From Balanoglossus misakiensis (taxonomy: Eukaryota; Animalia; Hemichordata): a DNA stretch of 64,000 nucleotides. Made by a program: the position numbers and the translations under genes. This document shows positions 14,430-29,103 of this stretch, piece after piece (positions within the stretch are counted from its first letter, which is position 1; every line of letters starts with the position of its first letter). The notes under the pieces are model-generated. The model saw only the letters and a program-made list of their open reading frames with translations, was not told where the DNA came from and ran no database searches. The stretch spans positions 10,791,129 through 10,855,128 of the forward strand of contig CM082576.2 of the NCBI GenBank assembly GCA_040954595.2, read 5' to 3'.

Positions 14430-17400
14430 TCATCTAGGAGGGGCACTCTGTGCTCTGAGTATTTGTGGCATGTGGTGTTGGCACCACTCTTCGAAATCGT
14501 CCACGGCCATGTTGACAACTTTCTCACGAACAAACTGCAAGACAAAAGCAATATACACTGTTAACAGGCATCGGTGAAAACTGGTGGATTTTTACTTTTA
14601 CTCATATAATCCAAGGAACAAGTGGCACGATACATTGAATACGTATATTTATACCTCGACTGCTGCGCATATATCCGGTGAACACAGCTCCCAGCTCCTC
14701 AATCCTGACAAGATGTTCAGGAACTTCTGTGGTGTTATTTTCCTGCTTTCAATGTTTCCTATACTCTCCAACTTGTCCATTATGGCGATGATCCTTCTGT
14801 CAGCAATGAACCCAGGTGGTAAATTGTTTTTCAAGTCTTGAAACCTACAAGGAGAAAAGTTACAAAAAGTTGGTGGATTCTGAAATTTTATTCTCCAATT
14901 CTTGAAACTCTACACAGAAAAGAGTGTAAAAAAGAGCACCCGTGTAAACCAGAATAATTGAAATATTTATGTGAGAAATACATTTGAAAGATTCTTTAAA
15001 TTCAATGGGCTGCAATTTTACCATTTGATTTCTTCATCTTGTTTTTTCCGTCGTTTCTTTTCTTCTGTCAACTCGTCTGGATCCTGTTCAGCCAACTTGA
15101 TCACCTTTAACTGTTCACTAATGTGCTTCTTGTGAGTTATTGCCTTGAACTTCTCCTCACTTCTCTGTAATCGTTTTCTACACAGTGTTTAAAGTAAACA
15201 AGAACTTAGAGGGTCCTGAAGAAAACAGCTGTGGAACTTAGGGGGTCTTCGCTCAAAATGGGGGACCCAAGTGGCCTGGCTACATGACGGGTGACTTAGG
15301 GGATCTGAATGAAATATGAATAAACTTAGGGGAGCTGGACACAAGTCTTGCTATCTCAGAGTGATCGGTTCATGAATGTTTTAGGTTGACTAAGGCAGCT
15401 TTCTAATCGACTCAATAAAGCCACGGGTGCTCAGTCAGTCTAGTAAATAAATCAACAGGTATGGGGGGATGAATAAGTAAACAAATGAATAAATAAATCA
15501 TAGTGGCTAGGTTTTCTGTGTTAATCATGCAGAGGAGCTATTTTCTGCTTCTTTGAACGTTTTATCTGTGATCCGAGTTTAGTAAGACAATGTAAAAGTG
15601 TCACTACCGGCTCTGAAGTATTGACTCCTCCCAAATCCAGATCCAAAACATCAAATACCGGTAATTGTAAGAATTATACTCACTTTTCCAGAGCCTCCAA
15701 TTTATCATGAAGCACCAGGGATTTATCTTCAACGACATCATTGAATTTGTGTCTCATATCAACGGCTATCAATCCGTACTTTTTACTCGGGAAATTCACT
15801 TTGTCACCGGCATTGGGAGGTGCACTAAAAGCAAGCAAGCACACGAGGAATTCATGAACGTTTCTAACAGAATTGGGAATTAACAGTTGTGGTCAACAGC
15901 ATGAATAAACAAAATACGCATCTTGAAAACGCACAGAGCTAAACTGTCCTCGTACCCCAACACTCACCTGACAGAAAGTCTGTTAATATTTTAGGGGGAA
16001 AAGAAAAAGAAATAGGGTCATCATCCGAACTATCAGCTAAGGGAATTACAGATTTATCTAACTTTACTGATATATGTCATTGTGCATTTTCTTATTTACC
16101 TTCAATGTGAAGAATTTGCAAGTTGGTCTGTTTGGAAACAGGATGGTGACGGTGTGTCTGTATCTCATCACGTGCACTGAACAAACGTGGATTGCAAACT
16201 GTTTGTGATGGTTAATTTTGTGCCAAGGTATTATTTACTAGTCAGAGTGAGTGAGGGAGGGTGGTGATGAATTAACACCAGAAATTGTGCATGAGGTACA
16301 GGGCAGGACAAGGATCGAGCTCTTTTACTTTGGATATTGTGCATTGGATGGAGCTGTGTACTTTGATGTTAAAAACACACAGCGTGATGTGTATACATTC
16401 CAACCAACGATACTGCTGACCACTGTAACTCGACAGACATTTACCTACATACAATCTTAATACATGTACATGTATTACAATTATAATTTTTGCTGAATGT
16501 GTATATAACACAAAAACACACATTTAAGCCCCACAAGCTGCCACTTGCATATGCACTCATACTTACAGTTTGTATTACTGGTTAAATACTTCAGTGCATA
16601 CATCTGTAATGGACCTATCTAAGTTTCAGAGTATGATCATGAAAATAATGCAAAAAGTGGCAGCTAGCTCATATGGGGTTTCAAACTGGCTTTTACAGTG
16701 CTTCTTAAACGTTGCTGCAACACTCAAATCAGGTCTGACCAAAAAACAACCAAAACACCAACTAGCCCCCACCTCTGTGCCCTCTGCCTGGTTGTAGACT
16801 TCAGCCACGTCCTGATCGCTCTCTCTGATGTCCTCGATGGCGGTCCTCTAGTTTCCAGTTCTGTTTGCTGAAGGAAGGAAAGAAAATACATGTACATGCA
16901 TTAGAGTTCATCCTGCTCATGGCTGAGTGCCATGAGTCATGTGTAAGAGTAATGGACTAGTAGCAATGAAGAGAAATCTTCACTGGTGGCTCTTCGGATG
17001 GAATGACAAAAAACAAAGATGATTTCTTGAATCTAATGTGACAAATATGGTATGAATATTTTCTTTCATTCTCTGTAAACACTATACAAACAGATATTTC
17101 TCACTGAAATCCACATCAAGAAAAACTATATCTGTACACCACTGGGAATGAAACATTTTCTGCGCTAAAAATACTTGGATCACATTAACAAGGTTACAGG
17201 TGAAACTCACAGACAACGGTGGTTTGACTTTTCTGGGTTGTGCTTTCACAGTTGCTGTGGTCTGTGTTTCTCTGATACTTCTCACACTACAGATGGAACT
17301 GGCCCTTTGCCTGCAATACAAAATCATCATATATGAAAGGGTTGAGAGATGGAATGCGAAAATAAAACAGACTCAAAGCGAACCGGTTTCAATTTACAAA

Positions 17401-20400
17401 ATTCATTCAAGCTTTTCAAAGCTATTAGGTACTGCAAGGGTTTCTATAAATAGGAAGCACAATTTGGGATAAATTCAACCCACATTTAGATTTTGTTATG
17501 TGATACATGTATGTATAAAGAGCAAAATGGGGCATCACTTGTAAATTGTAAATTGACAGTACAACTGCAAGTGTTACTGTATTTAACTTTGAACGACATG
17601 TGTCTTTCTAAAACACCAAGATCACCTCATGTACATGTGGGCTTCAAACCTCAGGTTGCTATGGAGACCAGATTGAGAGAGGAAGTCATTAGGGACAACA
17701 GAAACAGACAGTGTTTTTTTACCTTCTGGCTAAAGCCTGGGGATCTTCTACATTTTCATTCGCGACATTGGAAGCGGTGTCATACGGCCCTGAAATAGCA
17801 GATTACATCCAAAATGAAGTCATTATCAGCTGGCATTTGGAGTCAAGTAGAACTACCAGTACATGTAGTATGGGTATCACAAGTTGAAACCTCAAAATTT
17901 TCTGAGATATTATTAAGATCTCATCAAATTTATTCAATTTATATGTCAACACTGAAGCACACACTGTTAGACTGTTAGAAAAAACCCAATATACACATGC
18001 ACCTACATTTTTCATACTCTGCGTCTTCATCGACCCGACTCATCACATCGTCGCGATCTTGTAAATAGTTATCGGGAATGACAGGACCGGGAGTAGACGA
18101 ACTCTGGTTACTCGACAGAGTGGATGGTGTTCTTTGAATCAAGCTACCGGCCACGCCCGCAAACGAATTCTTCCTTGGAGAGCTGCGTAAGCTGCCCACA
18201 GCCGACGCCAGCGTGAGGGTATTGCCGAACGACCGTCCAAACCGTTTTGACTAAAAAACAAACAAAAGTGACTGTTGTTGAAAGTTCCAATTTATCATTT
18301 CTGGCTTGCACATTCTTCGATGCACAGCTGTCTTCAAAAATCAATACTGCACAGACAAAGGGACTGACAAAGAAGATTCTCTGGCTGCAATTTCCCCATA
18401 ATGCATTGAATGTCACAAATCAGTTTTTCTCTGTCTGTAAGTGATTATAGAGTCGATCTCTAGCAGAAATATATAATTTGGATCAAATCAAAGTGTCACA
18501 TGACTTGGTGAATTACATGTACCTCTCAATGAACAGCAGCCAATTTTAAGTCACATCTTACAAAACAAGAAATTACCCAAAGAGTACAGTAGATTAGTAG
18601 AAATTGACAGATTGAAATGTCTGGTGTCACAGAAACAAAGGTTGAATACGGGGAGTTTACTGATACCAACCTTGTCATAGAAATCTCTTTTATTCGTCAA
18701 AAAGCCCTTCCATGTCACATCGATTTGTTTATCTCTCACAACCTTGCTTGCTTTGGTTTTGTTAAATGTGTTCTGCTCAAGTTCTCTGCAATAGAAGGGC
18801 AACACAGAAGTGCTCATTAAGAATGACCTTTGACATATGTCACAAAGGTTAAATCACCTCATCCTCGATATTAAAACAGCTGATGCGTGTCCATCAATAG
18901 CCCTAATTCATTTTAAGTGCCGGGAACAGATGATAGTAATAGATTACATTCAAGGACATACATAAGGACCCAGATTAAAAACTTGTTTATTTTTTGCAAA
19001 GATGGCAAACATCCAAACCCAGTCAGGTGGGTAAAGAAAGTTAATGACTGTGAAAAATGATGGTGATATTGAAAAACAATGTGTATACAACTAGTAATTG
19101 ACCCTCTCTTAGTGGTAGCATTTCTGACGTCTTCATTTGTACATCAATATCTACAAACAACTATTGTGTATATAACTCACATTGCTGGGCTGAAAATACA
19201 TGTACAATGTACTGTGATTTGAGTCTTAATGGATTTTAGTGTCTCGGTTGCCTGATTCCATGACAGCTTAACACTTACTTGTATTTGATATTCCAGCTCT
19301 GCAGAATGGGACCCACTGCATATGGCGGATCCACGTTCATCGCCTCCAGCAGCCAATTGACAGCGCAAAGCTGGCGGAATATGGAGTCTCTGTGGAAGGC
19401 GAGAGTACACAGCCCATCAGTTTGGATATAATTTACATGTCATGGGAGGTCCTTCACTGTGGAAATCTTGTGGTCTCCAACAGTGATCAATACCCACAAA
19501 TTGTGGTCATTTCACTGTGGTTGTTAATATACATTTATTCAAAGTACATTTCAATTTTTATAACACTACATTCTTTTTTTCCACGGATCATGGTGAACGA
19601 CAATTTTCAAAAGTTCCCTATTGCACTGCATTTCAAATTTGCCATCTTAAATCTGATACTGAACATAAACAAACAATCAAATCAGAGATCCACTCCACAG
19701 AAAAGCTTATTATTTTTATTCAAACTGAAATCAGCAGAAAAAATAATGGCAGCATAGATTTCAATAGCAGAGCCTAATTTTTTTCATTTCGTTGTGAGTT
19801 TGTTTGGAAAAGAAATCTTGGTTGGCAAGACGATTGTTATCTCCGGTAAATTTTAATTAAAACTCAAGGCCTGGTTTGTGATTGTTGCTAAGACACTCCA
19901 TCATCCTCAGTAAACAAGAGGATCATTTTGAGACAGTTGTATTGACACAAACAAATGAAATCAATTGTGTCGATCTCCAGCACAGTCTAGGTGAAACAAT
20001 CATCTTTAGATTGAAACAGATGAATACAAAAATGGGATTTGATTTGAATGACATAATGTAGTGTTATGACAGATAACCTTCTTGTTCTCATTTTCACTAT
20101 TGCATGCAACGCAGTTTTAAAACAAAACAAGCTGCTGTACACTTTCATTTAAAAAATTCATGTATCTTTTTATAAATTGTCATCCTTTGTGTGTTCAGCA
20201 CATAATTTTAAATGAAACAGCAGGGACATTAATTTAAACATAAAGCATGGATATATATCTTTTTTTAAATGCCAATTTTCTCCCATTATCTAGCTACCTG
20301 TTGCGTCTGCTGTTGGGTGATACCAAAATAATGGGAGGGGTGTCTGGAGTCATTTTACCAGGGGTAATTTTTGCTGGGTTAAAGAGTTCTGCGCAAACAC

Positions 20401-23400
20401 TTACTTGGATGGGTCTTCGCGAATTTCGGTGTCTGGGTGGATGTTGATGTTTGAATGGCAGGGCGTGTACGGCCGGGGAGGGTCTACTTTCTTCTTTTTC
20501 TTTCTCTTTTTAGCGCTAAACGTCGACAATTCGGTCAGAATTGATTTCGACGGTGACGATGTGCCATATCGGGGAGTCTCATCGTCGGTGGTGTTCAGCT
20601 CGGTCGCGATAGTTCCATCGTCGTTAAGGGTGTTCGTCCTGAAAGAGAATCGCAAGGGAAAAAATAACAATGGGCGATTTCCTGAAATTTTAATGATCTG
20701 CCCCAGGGGTCAGGGATACAGTTCTCAGCCAACAACAGATCCGACGTCTTTGCACAGAATGGTGACAAACTGAGAACCGATTGTGTCATGATAAATTTAA
20801 CACATTCTGCGGTTTAAAGAATCAATACAGAAACGTGTCCACAATGAATAATTTCCAAGTCTACGTTTGTAGATCATATATATTGCATTGCCGCCTCGGT
20901 TATTATTTAATGGCTTTTCTCATGAAACAATTATGGCACGAAGTTGGGCGTGTTGCTATGCGGGGTTACAGGTCTGCTGGATGGGAACGAAACAGGGATA
21001 ATTACTACTGCAAATACGGAATTGGTGAACCAGGGTGGGGGAGGGGGAGGGGGAGTGCGCAAGGACCGAAAGTTAATTTTTGGTTTCTTTTTTGGGGTTA
21101 TGTAGGTTGCAATGCCTGCTGGGACGTGGATGTACTGAAAACCCCGGACTCGGTAATTTAGCGTTGTCATTGCACAGAGAAATTCAACGCAAACACACAT
21201 GCACTACTGGTGAGAATTTAGTTTTGGGGCGTATAACACCAATCCAAACACCACAACATTGGGTGATGGCTGCCAGACAATTTAAGTACGAGTTCAACGC
21301 ACTGAGGTGTGTAAATTTACAGAGCTGGCACAGCAGAGCGCACTGACTGAATTCAAACAAACAGCCACATACATGCACTCGGGCCAGAATACAGTGCAAC
21401 GCTTATGCAAATTACAGAGGTCCGGATTTTTTCAGTACATTGAAACTTACAGCAGAGATCATCTGAGTACCAGCGTGTAGGGTTCTAACACCATGGCAAC
21501 CAACAGTGCCACAGCCAAAAGAAAATCTTTATCTTGGCTAAATTTCTGAAAGTCAGTCTTCGCCAAAATGTTTTGCTTTGTCATTGAATCTGTTTAGTTT
21601 TGTTTATAAAAAAATAAGAGAAAATATTTTTGTAAATAAAATTTCAGTGTAGTGGCCGTAGAGCAAACAATTGACAGTCAGTCAGATATTTCATTAATTC
21701 CTGTTATCTGATGTTGCAGATTCCTTGCATTAATCAACAGTCTGCAGTTGTTTGATTAGCTTTCAGCCCCAAACAGAAGCCAAAATACGAGACTATCCAT
21801 TCTTTTGTCATGGTATCTAAGACGTCCTATTTGCTTGTCTCTACACGCTGCTCAAATAATCTCCTTTTGGAGTTTCTCAAATTAACTGTGTTTCTAATAT
21901 TGACAGACAGAGTTCTGAAAGAAACTACTGGGAGGAGGGGAAAGCCAAAGAGAACACGACAAAAAGTTGTCAGGTTCAGTATTCACAGTCCCCCAATACA
22001 CATTTAGTGTGTGGAGGGACTGCATGGGACCTATATACAGACACTATCACTGCGGTCAATGTTGCTTAAAATCAAAATCATAAAAAAATCACACACAACA
22101 TGAAATGGAGAATGAGTCATTTCTTTCATGCATGGAACACTCTCTTGATGTCTACATGAAGTTTTTTTTTTCCAGGAGGGATCCTTCCTACATATGCATA
22201 TACAGCCACCAGATTGCAAATTTTCAGAAGGTGGCAAAAAGAACAGGGATTTGGTTGAATTGTCACAGTGAGCTGAAGGTGTGGGGGGGGGGGGGGAAGA
22301 AATTTGATCTTTTTTTTTTTAAGTTTCAATTAATCTCATAAATTTGACATGTCTTATCTCAGGATGTAGAATGTTCCGTCAATCGAAAAAAAAACACTTC
22401 ATTGTAAACATCTTACAGCTAAACAGACATTTAGCTACAAACAAACAACGACAAAATTTCATGCATGGGATTAGCATAACAACATAACAAACAAGACAAC
22501 AGGTTCATGCAAGCATGCCTCCCGACAAACAGGCCAACCATGTCCCCTACTGGTCAATGACATGCAAGGTTATAAACACAATAAAATCTGATGAAGCAAT
22601 GTCGCAGGCAAGGTGTTAGACAAAAGTTAGCGCCAGTGATGGGTGCAGGACGTGCGGAGTGCTATAATTCACCGCAGAGCAAAATGAAAGCTGGTTAGAT
22701 TAAATACATAATGGGTTAGATAGATAACTACATGATGCTGTCTGCAAAAAGCTGGGTTTTGTTGTTATTGTTCAATCGTTGTTTATTGTTGCTGTTGTTG
22801 TTCAATCTTACCGAGAAAAGGCCACTTCTTTCCTGTCATGTTCGTGGTCACTAAAATGACCGTCCCTGTGCGCCATGAATAAACTGCGGGTAAACAGAAT
22901 CAGCTCTTTTTCAGCATTTTCAGCACATCTCTTTTTTTGGCAATTGCGGTTTGCGATGTGTTTGTTGCAAACAAGAAGAGTCCCAACTAACATCTTAACC
23001 TTTTATGTCCACTTTTGGCAACAGGTCAGTCTTAAAAGTTTTAGTTAAACAGCCTATCAATATTACCGAAATCATATCAAAAGCAAATGACTTTGTCCTT
23101 TTGAGCAAAACGGGCCAGTTGTACAAATATGTTCCAAATTTGGAGAGAAAAATGGACATGAAAGGGTAAGTTTGTGTAATACCAACAAGAAGTCCACAGT
23201 GCTATCAGCCAGCAATGTGATTGTAGGAACACTGGAATTCAATAGCACCAACCACAACGTCTATCACACACAAATGGGCCATGTTGATATGCCAAATATC
23301 AACAAACGGTACAAAAAATATGAAAAGTTACAGTTACTGTCATTGTAAATGCCACACACAATGGATATATAGTTGATTGAACAGAATGAGCTGATTGATA

Positions 23401-26400
23401 TAAATTGCGCTGTAATTCATCTAAATATAGTTCGTTAAAACATCGCATTTACCATTTTGCCAACTAGTTCAATGACAATATTTTTTTTCACTCACTAAAA
23501 CCCAGTGTATGACAATTTTATGTGCTTTAATACGGGTCTCTGTGTCATAAATATAGCATTTAGCAGATCAGGCATAATTAGACATGCATCCTAAATTTTA
23601 TAGACTTTTTTCTCCTTTATAATATCTCTCACACATGCATTACAGTGATATCCAAACATTAAAACTTTAACAAACTTACATTTAACAAGATATAAATAAG
23701 GTTGGAATACAAAATACATGTACAAAACAGAAACCTAAAAGAAATATCAATAAAGGAATTGACTAAGGATTCTATTTTATATAACTGTAAAAACATTTAA
23801 AGCATTGGAAAAGGGGCACATGTAAAATTGACTACAGCTGAAACAAATCATTTTATGCACTGTAATATCGAATGCATTATAAAAGTAGTATGGAAATATG
23901 TATATGAATGTTAAGTATTAATTTGCATATAGACTTAAACGTAATGAAGTTATGCTAATGCATCACAAATAAAACAAATTATTCCAATATTGCCTCTAAT
24001 CTGTCTTTTCTCTATGAATTAAGATAGCGGTTAGGCAGTTTTAAATGAATTACTAGGCGGACCAAATGTGTCCATGTGTTGCTAATTTTTAATGTACCGG
24101 TACCGCTGATCAGGAACTGGTTCTCAGGCAAACTTTGCCCAGAATTAACCCACACACAGGTGATTTAATCTTCAATCAAGAGTGGAATGTTTTTTTCTCA
24201 TTGTGGAAGCTGTACAGTACACACAAATCCAGGATGGTAACAATGTAATCAAAAGCGCTACTCGCGTCTTTGTTTCGGGCGGACAGTAGCAACCATTCAA
24301 TATATCACCGAGGTGTCTGAGACCCCATTGTATTAATGGTGGCATGACACGACACTACGCTACGTGTGAAGCTGACTTCTGTTACTCTTTTTGCCACGTT
24401 GTATAACAGCTCCTATCTGTAAAGACTCAATTATGTCCCCAGCATGCACAAACACACTCAGCTTCACTTTCTCTTTTTACCTTAAATCCACTTCTTCCTC
24501 AAGTTCATCATCCGTTTCGTCTTCCGATGAGCTGGGAATGTGCGCAGGTTGCCACTGACGACGGCGTTTCTCCATCAGTCGGTTCTGTTCGATTTCTTGC
24601 GCATTTCGCTGTTAAACAAAAAATAAACCCAACCATCCACGTCGTGAATTTGAACAATCTTTAAAACTGCAATATTTTCATGATAAACGGAGCTAGAAAA
24701 CCCTGAGAATGGAAAGTCGACTCAATAAAAATAACTCTAAATTGGGGCCCCAGTTGAATGACCACAGGACAAAGAAAATTCCTGACTGTGAGACAGACAA
24801 CAAGGCATGACACAAAGCTGGCCCATCATTGTGACATGGACGAAGAAAGTAAACCACTCAGATGAACACACTTAATTACGGAGACCGCATAAGATTTAAA
24901 AAAAAACCACAATAACTTACCCTGGCATCATCTTGAGTTCTAATGATTGAAAATAGACCATGTCCAAGTTTGACCGACGTAATCATTCGCCTGTAAATAA
25001 AACACAGGAGGTTTGCGAGTTCAAACATTGCCGGGACGGTGTCAACAGTGAAGTCACTCATTACATTCTTTGCTTTATTAGTATAATACTTTCAATTTTC
25101 TTTGCTTGCTCGCCTGACTACAAGTAAAGGTTCGAAAATTAGGCTTTTCAATGGGATTGGAATTTAGCAGAAAATAGGGAGGCTGGTATTATTACAGCGA
25201 CAAATAAATTCCACATGAAACTGAAGTATGTTTGCATTCACTTAAAATTCACTCAGGTTCTCAGACAGGTCTAGGGCTGCAGTCTCCTTCAGAATGGACT
25301 GATCAAGATTTTTTCAAGAGCATGAATGTTGCACCTTTAGATGCAAGAACAATGTACTCTGAGGTTCCCCAGTAATGGAAAAGAAGAGTTCTGTTTGACA
25401 GTCAATGAAAATGAAGTTGAGGTTGGCCGGCCACTTCAGAAAGCTTTTTCTGAGACAGACAGCTCAAAGAGGCACAGCAAATACCTGGCTTTGTAAAAAG
25501 CGTCAACAAATCTCAGTGAGCCGTCAAAGTACACGAAATATCAATTACTGTTTCATCAATGAAAAACAATCATTCGCATTTTAATGATTTAAAAAAAATG
25601 ATTTTCTTGGTCATGTGCAGTGTTTGAACTTTCAACTAAATTAATGAAAAAAAAAACACATTAAAGTAAAATGTGCATTTGACAGTAACTGAATAGCCCT
25701 CACCTTCCATCTGTTACTTCTCGACTCAGCGTTTTCTTATTTTTTGTTGATTTGCGCCGGAGTATAAACGCCTTGGGCTGCGCCTGGTTCTCCTCCTCTT
25801 CCTGCTGTTCTCGAGTTTTGCGTTCTTTCTCTTTCTCTTTCTCCTCATCATCGCTGCTTGATCTGTCGTCCACTTCCTCCTGTCACAGAAATATACCCGT
25901 AAATATTGGCTCAGAACAATTTCGCTTATAAATATTGGCTGAAACAACACTATTTCCCCAACTGATAGGCTGAAACAACACTATTTCCCCAACTGATACA
26001 AGCACATCACGTCTTTCAGTCCTCTCCTTAATAAATACAACTTGGTATCGTTTGAAGGTATTAATTTCGTACAACTCTCAATCTTATTCCAATTGTGATT
26101 TCATTTGTAACTATGGTGACTATCACTGTGGTAACTGTCATCTGCATGTATGTTAAACATCATTACAGAATTGAAGCAGGGTGCCAATTATTGCAATTAC
26201 TGGTACACTGTAATAATGTACCAACATGGCATGTCGACAATATTATTTACATTGAAAAGTGACTGTCAGTACATTCTCACTAAGTGTATGGAAAATCTTA
26301 TATATCCTCATTAGTGATGATTGGGGAGTCAATATTATTGCGTGCAAATATTGTTTTGCCATTGTCCCAGTAACAATAGAAGTAATAATTTGTCAATAGC

Positions 26401-29048
26401 GCAGTGTTAGAGCACAGAGTTAAGACAGGGTTTCGATCTGAGAGGTGTCAATCATAATGATCTATAATATGGGCTGTCAATACTGTTAAGTGAAAATGTT
26501 AATACTTTAATGATGATGATATTTATTTGCTTTCAATACTTGCGAGTTGGTACACAAGCATCATAAACAGCACTCTCGTAACTAAACAATCTCATCAATT
26601 TGAAGCTGTCAATCAAATTTCTATATATTTCACACCATGCCACTTTACCCATCTATTAGAGAGTAGGTGTCGATTACACATGTGTAGGAGGTAACACTTT
26701 CAGTTCTACATTTGTAGATGCATCATGCGTGATACCATTTAGCACATCCCCACTTGGAAATCAATTGAAATAGCTCTGTTTGTCACTTTTTATATACTTT
26801 TTCATTCACTGCCATAACTCCAAAGACAGAAATATTACAAAATTTATTGTGCTCGCTCAATGGTGCTCCTAATGCTCATACATGCACAGGAAAAAAAATC
26901 ACAAACATAGTGAAAAGTGTTTGGTAATAAATGAAAGTTTTTGTAATTTTGGACCCCTACTTTTATTTGCACATTTGAGACTTCCCAGTGGAAAACTATT
27001 TCCCTTTCATATCCATGTTTTGCTTTCCAAAGAAAAAACTACTTCGGAAAAAAAAGGCTTTGAATAAAATTCTAATTTTCAGTTACAGTTTACACTTAAC
27101 ACTGCATTAACGCTTACAACTACACTTTGTTTGCCGAGCATTCTATGCTTCAATTTCCTCCATTCCTTTTTTTCAATTTTCTAACGATGCCGCTTTATAA
27201 CTGGGCAAATTGGATCTTTTTCCCCAATCAATGTCTGCGTTAAAAGCCCCCTTTTACCAGACAACTTCAATCTGCAATGGTTATTTCCTGCTCTGAAAGG
27301 AAACCCTATTCAACGCGCGTGTGCGACGACGGAATGAGGTCGATATCGGTCCCGGCGGCTACCTAAGAGCGGTGGAAATACGAAACATCTCGCAAATTGG
27401 TTTTTATTTGATGTTCGGAATAAAAGTAATTACAGGCACAGTGCTGCGTTGTTTAAGGTCAGTTATTGATGTGAATAAGTCTGATGTCTGGGGATTCGGC
27501 TTTGGTTGCAAGAAAGCTGGACATCATTAAAGCAAATGGGGAAATTATATATATATATATTTAAATTATTGTAGTACAGTCAATTTTGTTATACCCATTA
27601 TCTATCATACTTGAATCTTTTAAAAATCAAATTTTCCATTAAAATAACACAATTAACAGTGGTTACCAAGTTGGATCAGTTGAAAGGCCTGCTTTGTTGG
27701 AAAAACAAATTTTTGATTGTTTTTTTATTTGTGTGTGTGTGCATAACACCATAGTGGGACCGTGTTTCACCCGTGAGAATTTCCCACCCTTGGGGACCTT
27801 ATGCAGAAAGTTGCCATGTTTACTGTCTCACAGTGTGACGAAAAAAACAGCACAGCAGACATGCTGCAACAACGACTCAGCACTACACTACCCCATACCG
27901 AGAAAAACGAAAAACGAAAATTCCTGGACACCCACCAGCATCACACCCCTACAACCCCCACCCCCCACCCCCCTGGAGTACAATGCCGGCTGTTTTCTTT
28001 AGTTTCTGCCTCCTCTTTCAAGGCCGACGGGAGCGTGATTGTGTCATTGTGAATTTTCAGCAGCCGAGAAATACCTTGCCAAGCCTGGTTGCTTCAAATG
28101 TATGCTTCTAATGTGTTGTGAAGAGGCAATTGTACGCACATGGGAAATTTCAATTGTACCTTTACTGTGCTGTCAGATAGAATTTTTTCTCTCACAAGAG
28201 TTGCACTTTTTGGAATTGGATTACAATTTCCTTATGTCTACTTCTTCGAAAATATGCTTGGGTATTTTAAATATTGTGGTAAAGACTGTGAGATGGGGTT
28301 AATTATTCATTGTGAAATCACAAGATTTGATCAATACTCAAATCATGAAACTGAGAGAATTCTATTCAAATTTTCTTCATCAAACATTTTCTTCACTTAA
28401 CAGTCACATCTTAAACTGAGACTCTAACATTCTAACAGCTTTAAGGCCAATAAATGTTATGATGTGGCAAAGGGCAAGTGTTTCACAAGAATAAAACATA
28501 CCCAACCCAAAAATGTCTACGATCATATTCGAACACTTGAAATGTAACAGGGTTGTTATGTATAAACTCTTGAACCCATTTACCTATTGTCCTCAAGTAA
28601 TTTATTTGTAGTCTTTAAAGAGATATTTTGCATGTTTTCGACATTTTAAGCCTTTGAAGTGGTCAGTTAAAACTGAACCAATCATTTCTCCCCATATTTA
28701 AACACTGCACTGGTGAATAGAGTTGCTTGTCAGATATATTTAGAATGTTTATGTTCTACAGGTGTAGCCAATTTAAATAGCAGATGGAAATGTTTTAAAA
28801 GCAGGTGGGTTTGTTGCACAAGAGAGCGACGCATCCCCCCCCCCCCACCCCAGTCACACACATAAGTTCTTTATCTGTATGCAAAATCTCCCAAACACAG
28901 TAGTTAATGTTTCAAACGGGAATGTTGAGCTGTACTGACTGTTTAATTTGTATATGTTTACAAGTTGCCAGAGTACAACATTATCTAGCATACTGCTGAA
29001 GCCCATTATGAGGAAAAGAACCAATTATTGTATTTAGAAGTATGTAGA

Positions 29049-29103
<55 letters not shown>

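Noticed and set aside
15203-15336. Four ACTTAG(G/A)GG motifs resembling telomeric TTAGGG
   Set aside because: Dispersed, non-tandem and imperfect; not an interstitial telomeric array
16100-16157. Possible extra CCDC60 exon (CAG...TTGAAG|GTAAAT)
   Set aside because: Phase 2-to-0, incompatible with the downstream phase-2 exon
26397-26440. tRNA-like A box (TAGCGCAGTGTTAGAGC) and B box (GGGTTTCGATC)
   Set aside because: No cloverleaf or acceptor stem; at most a decayed tRNA-derived SINE head
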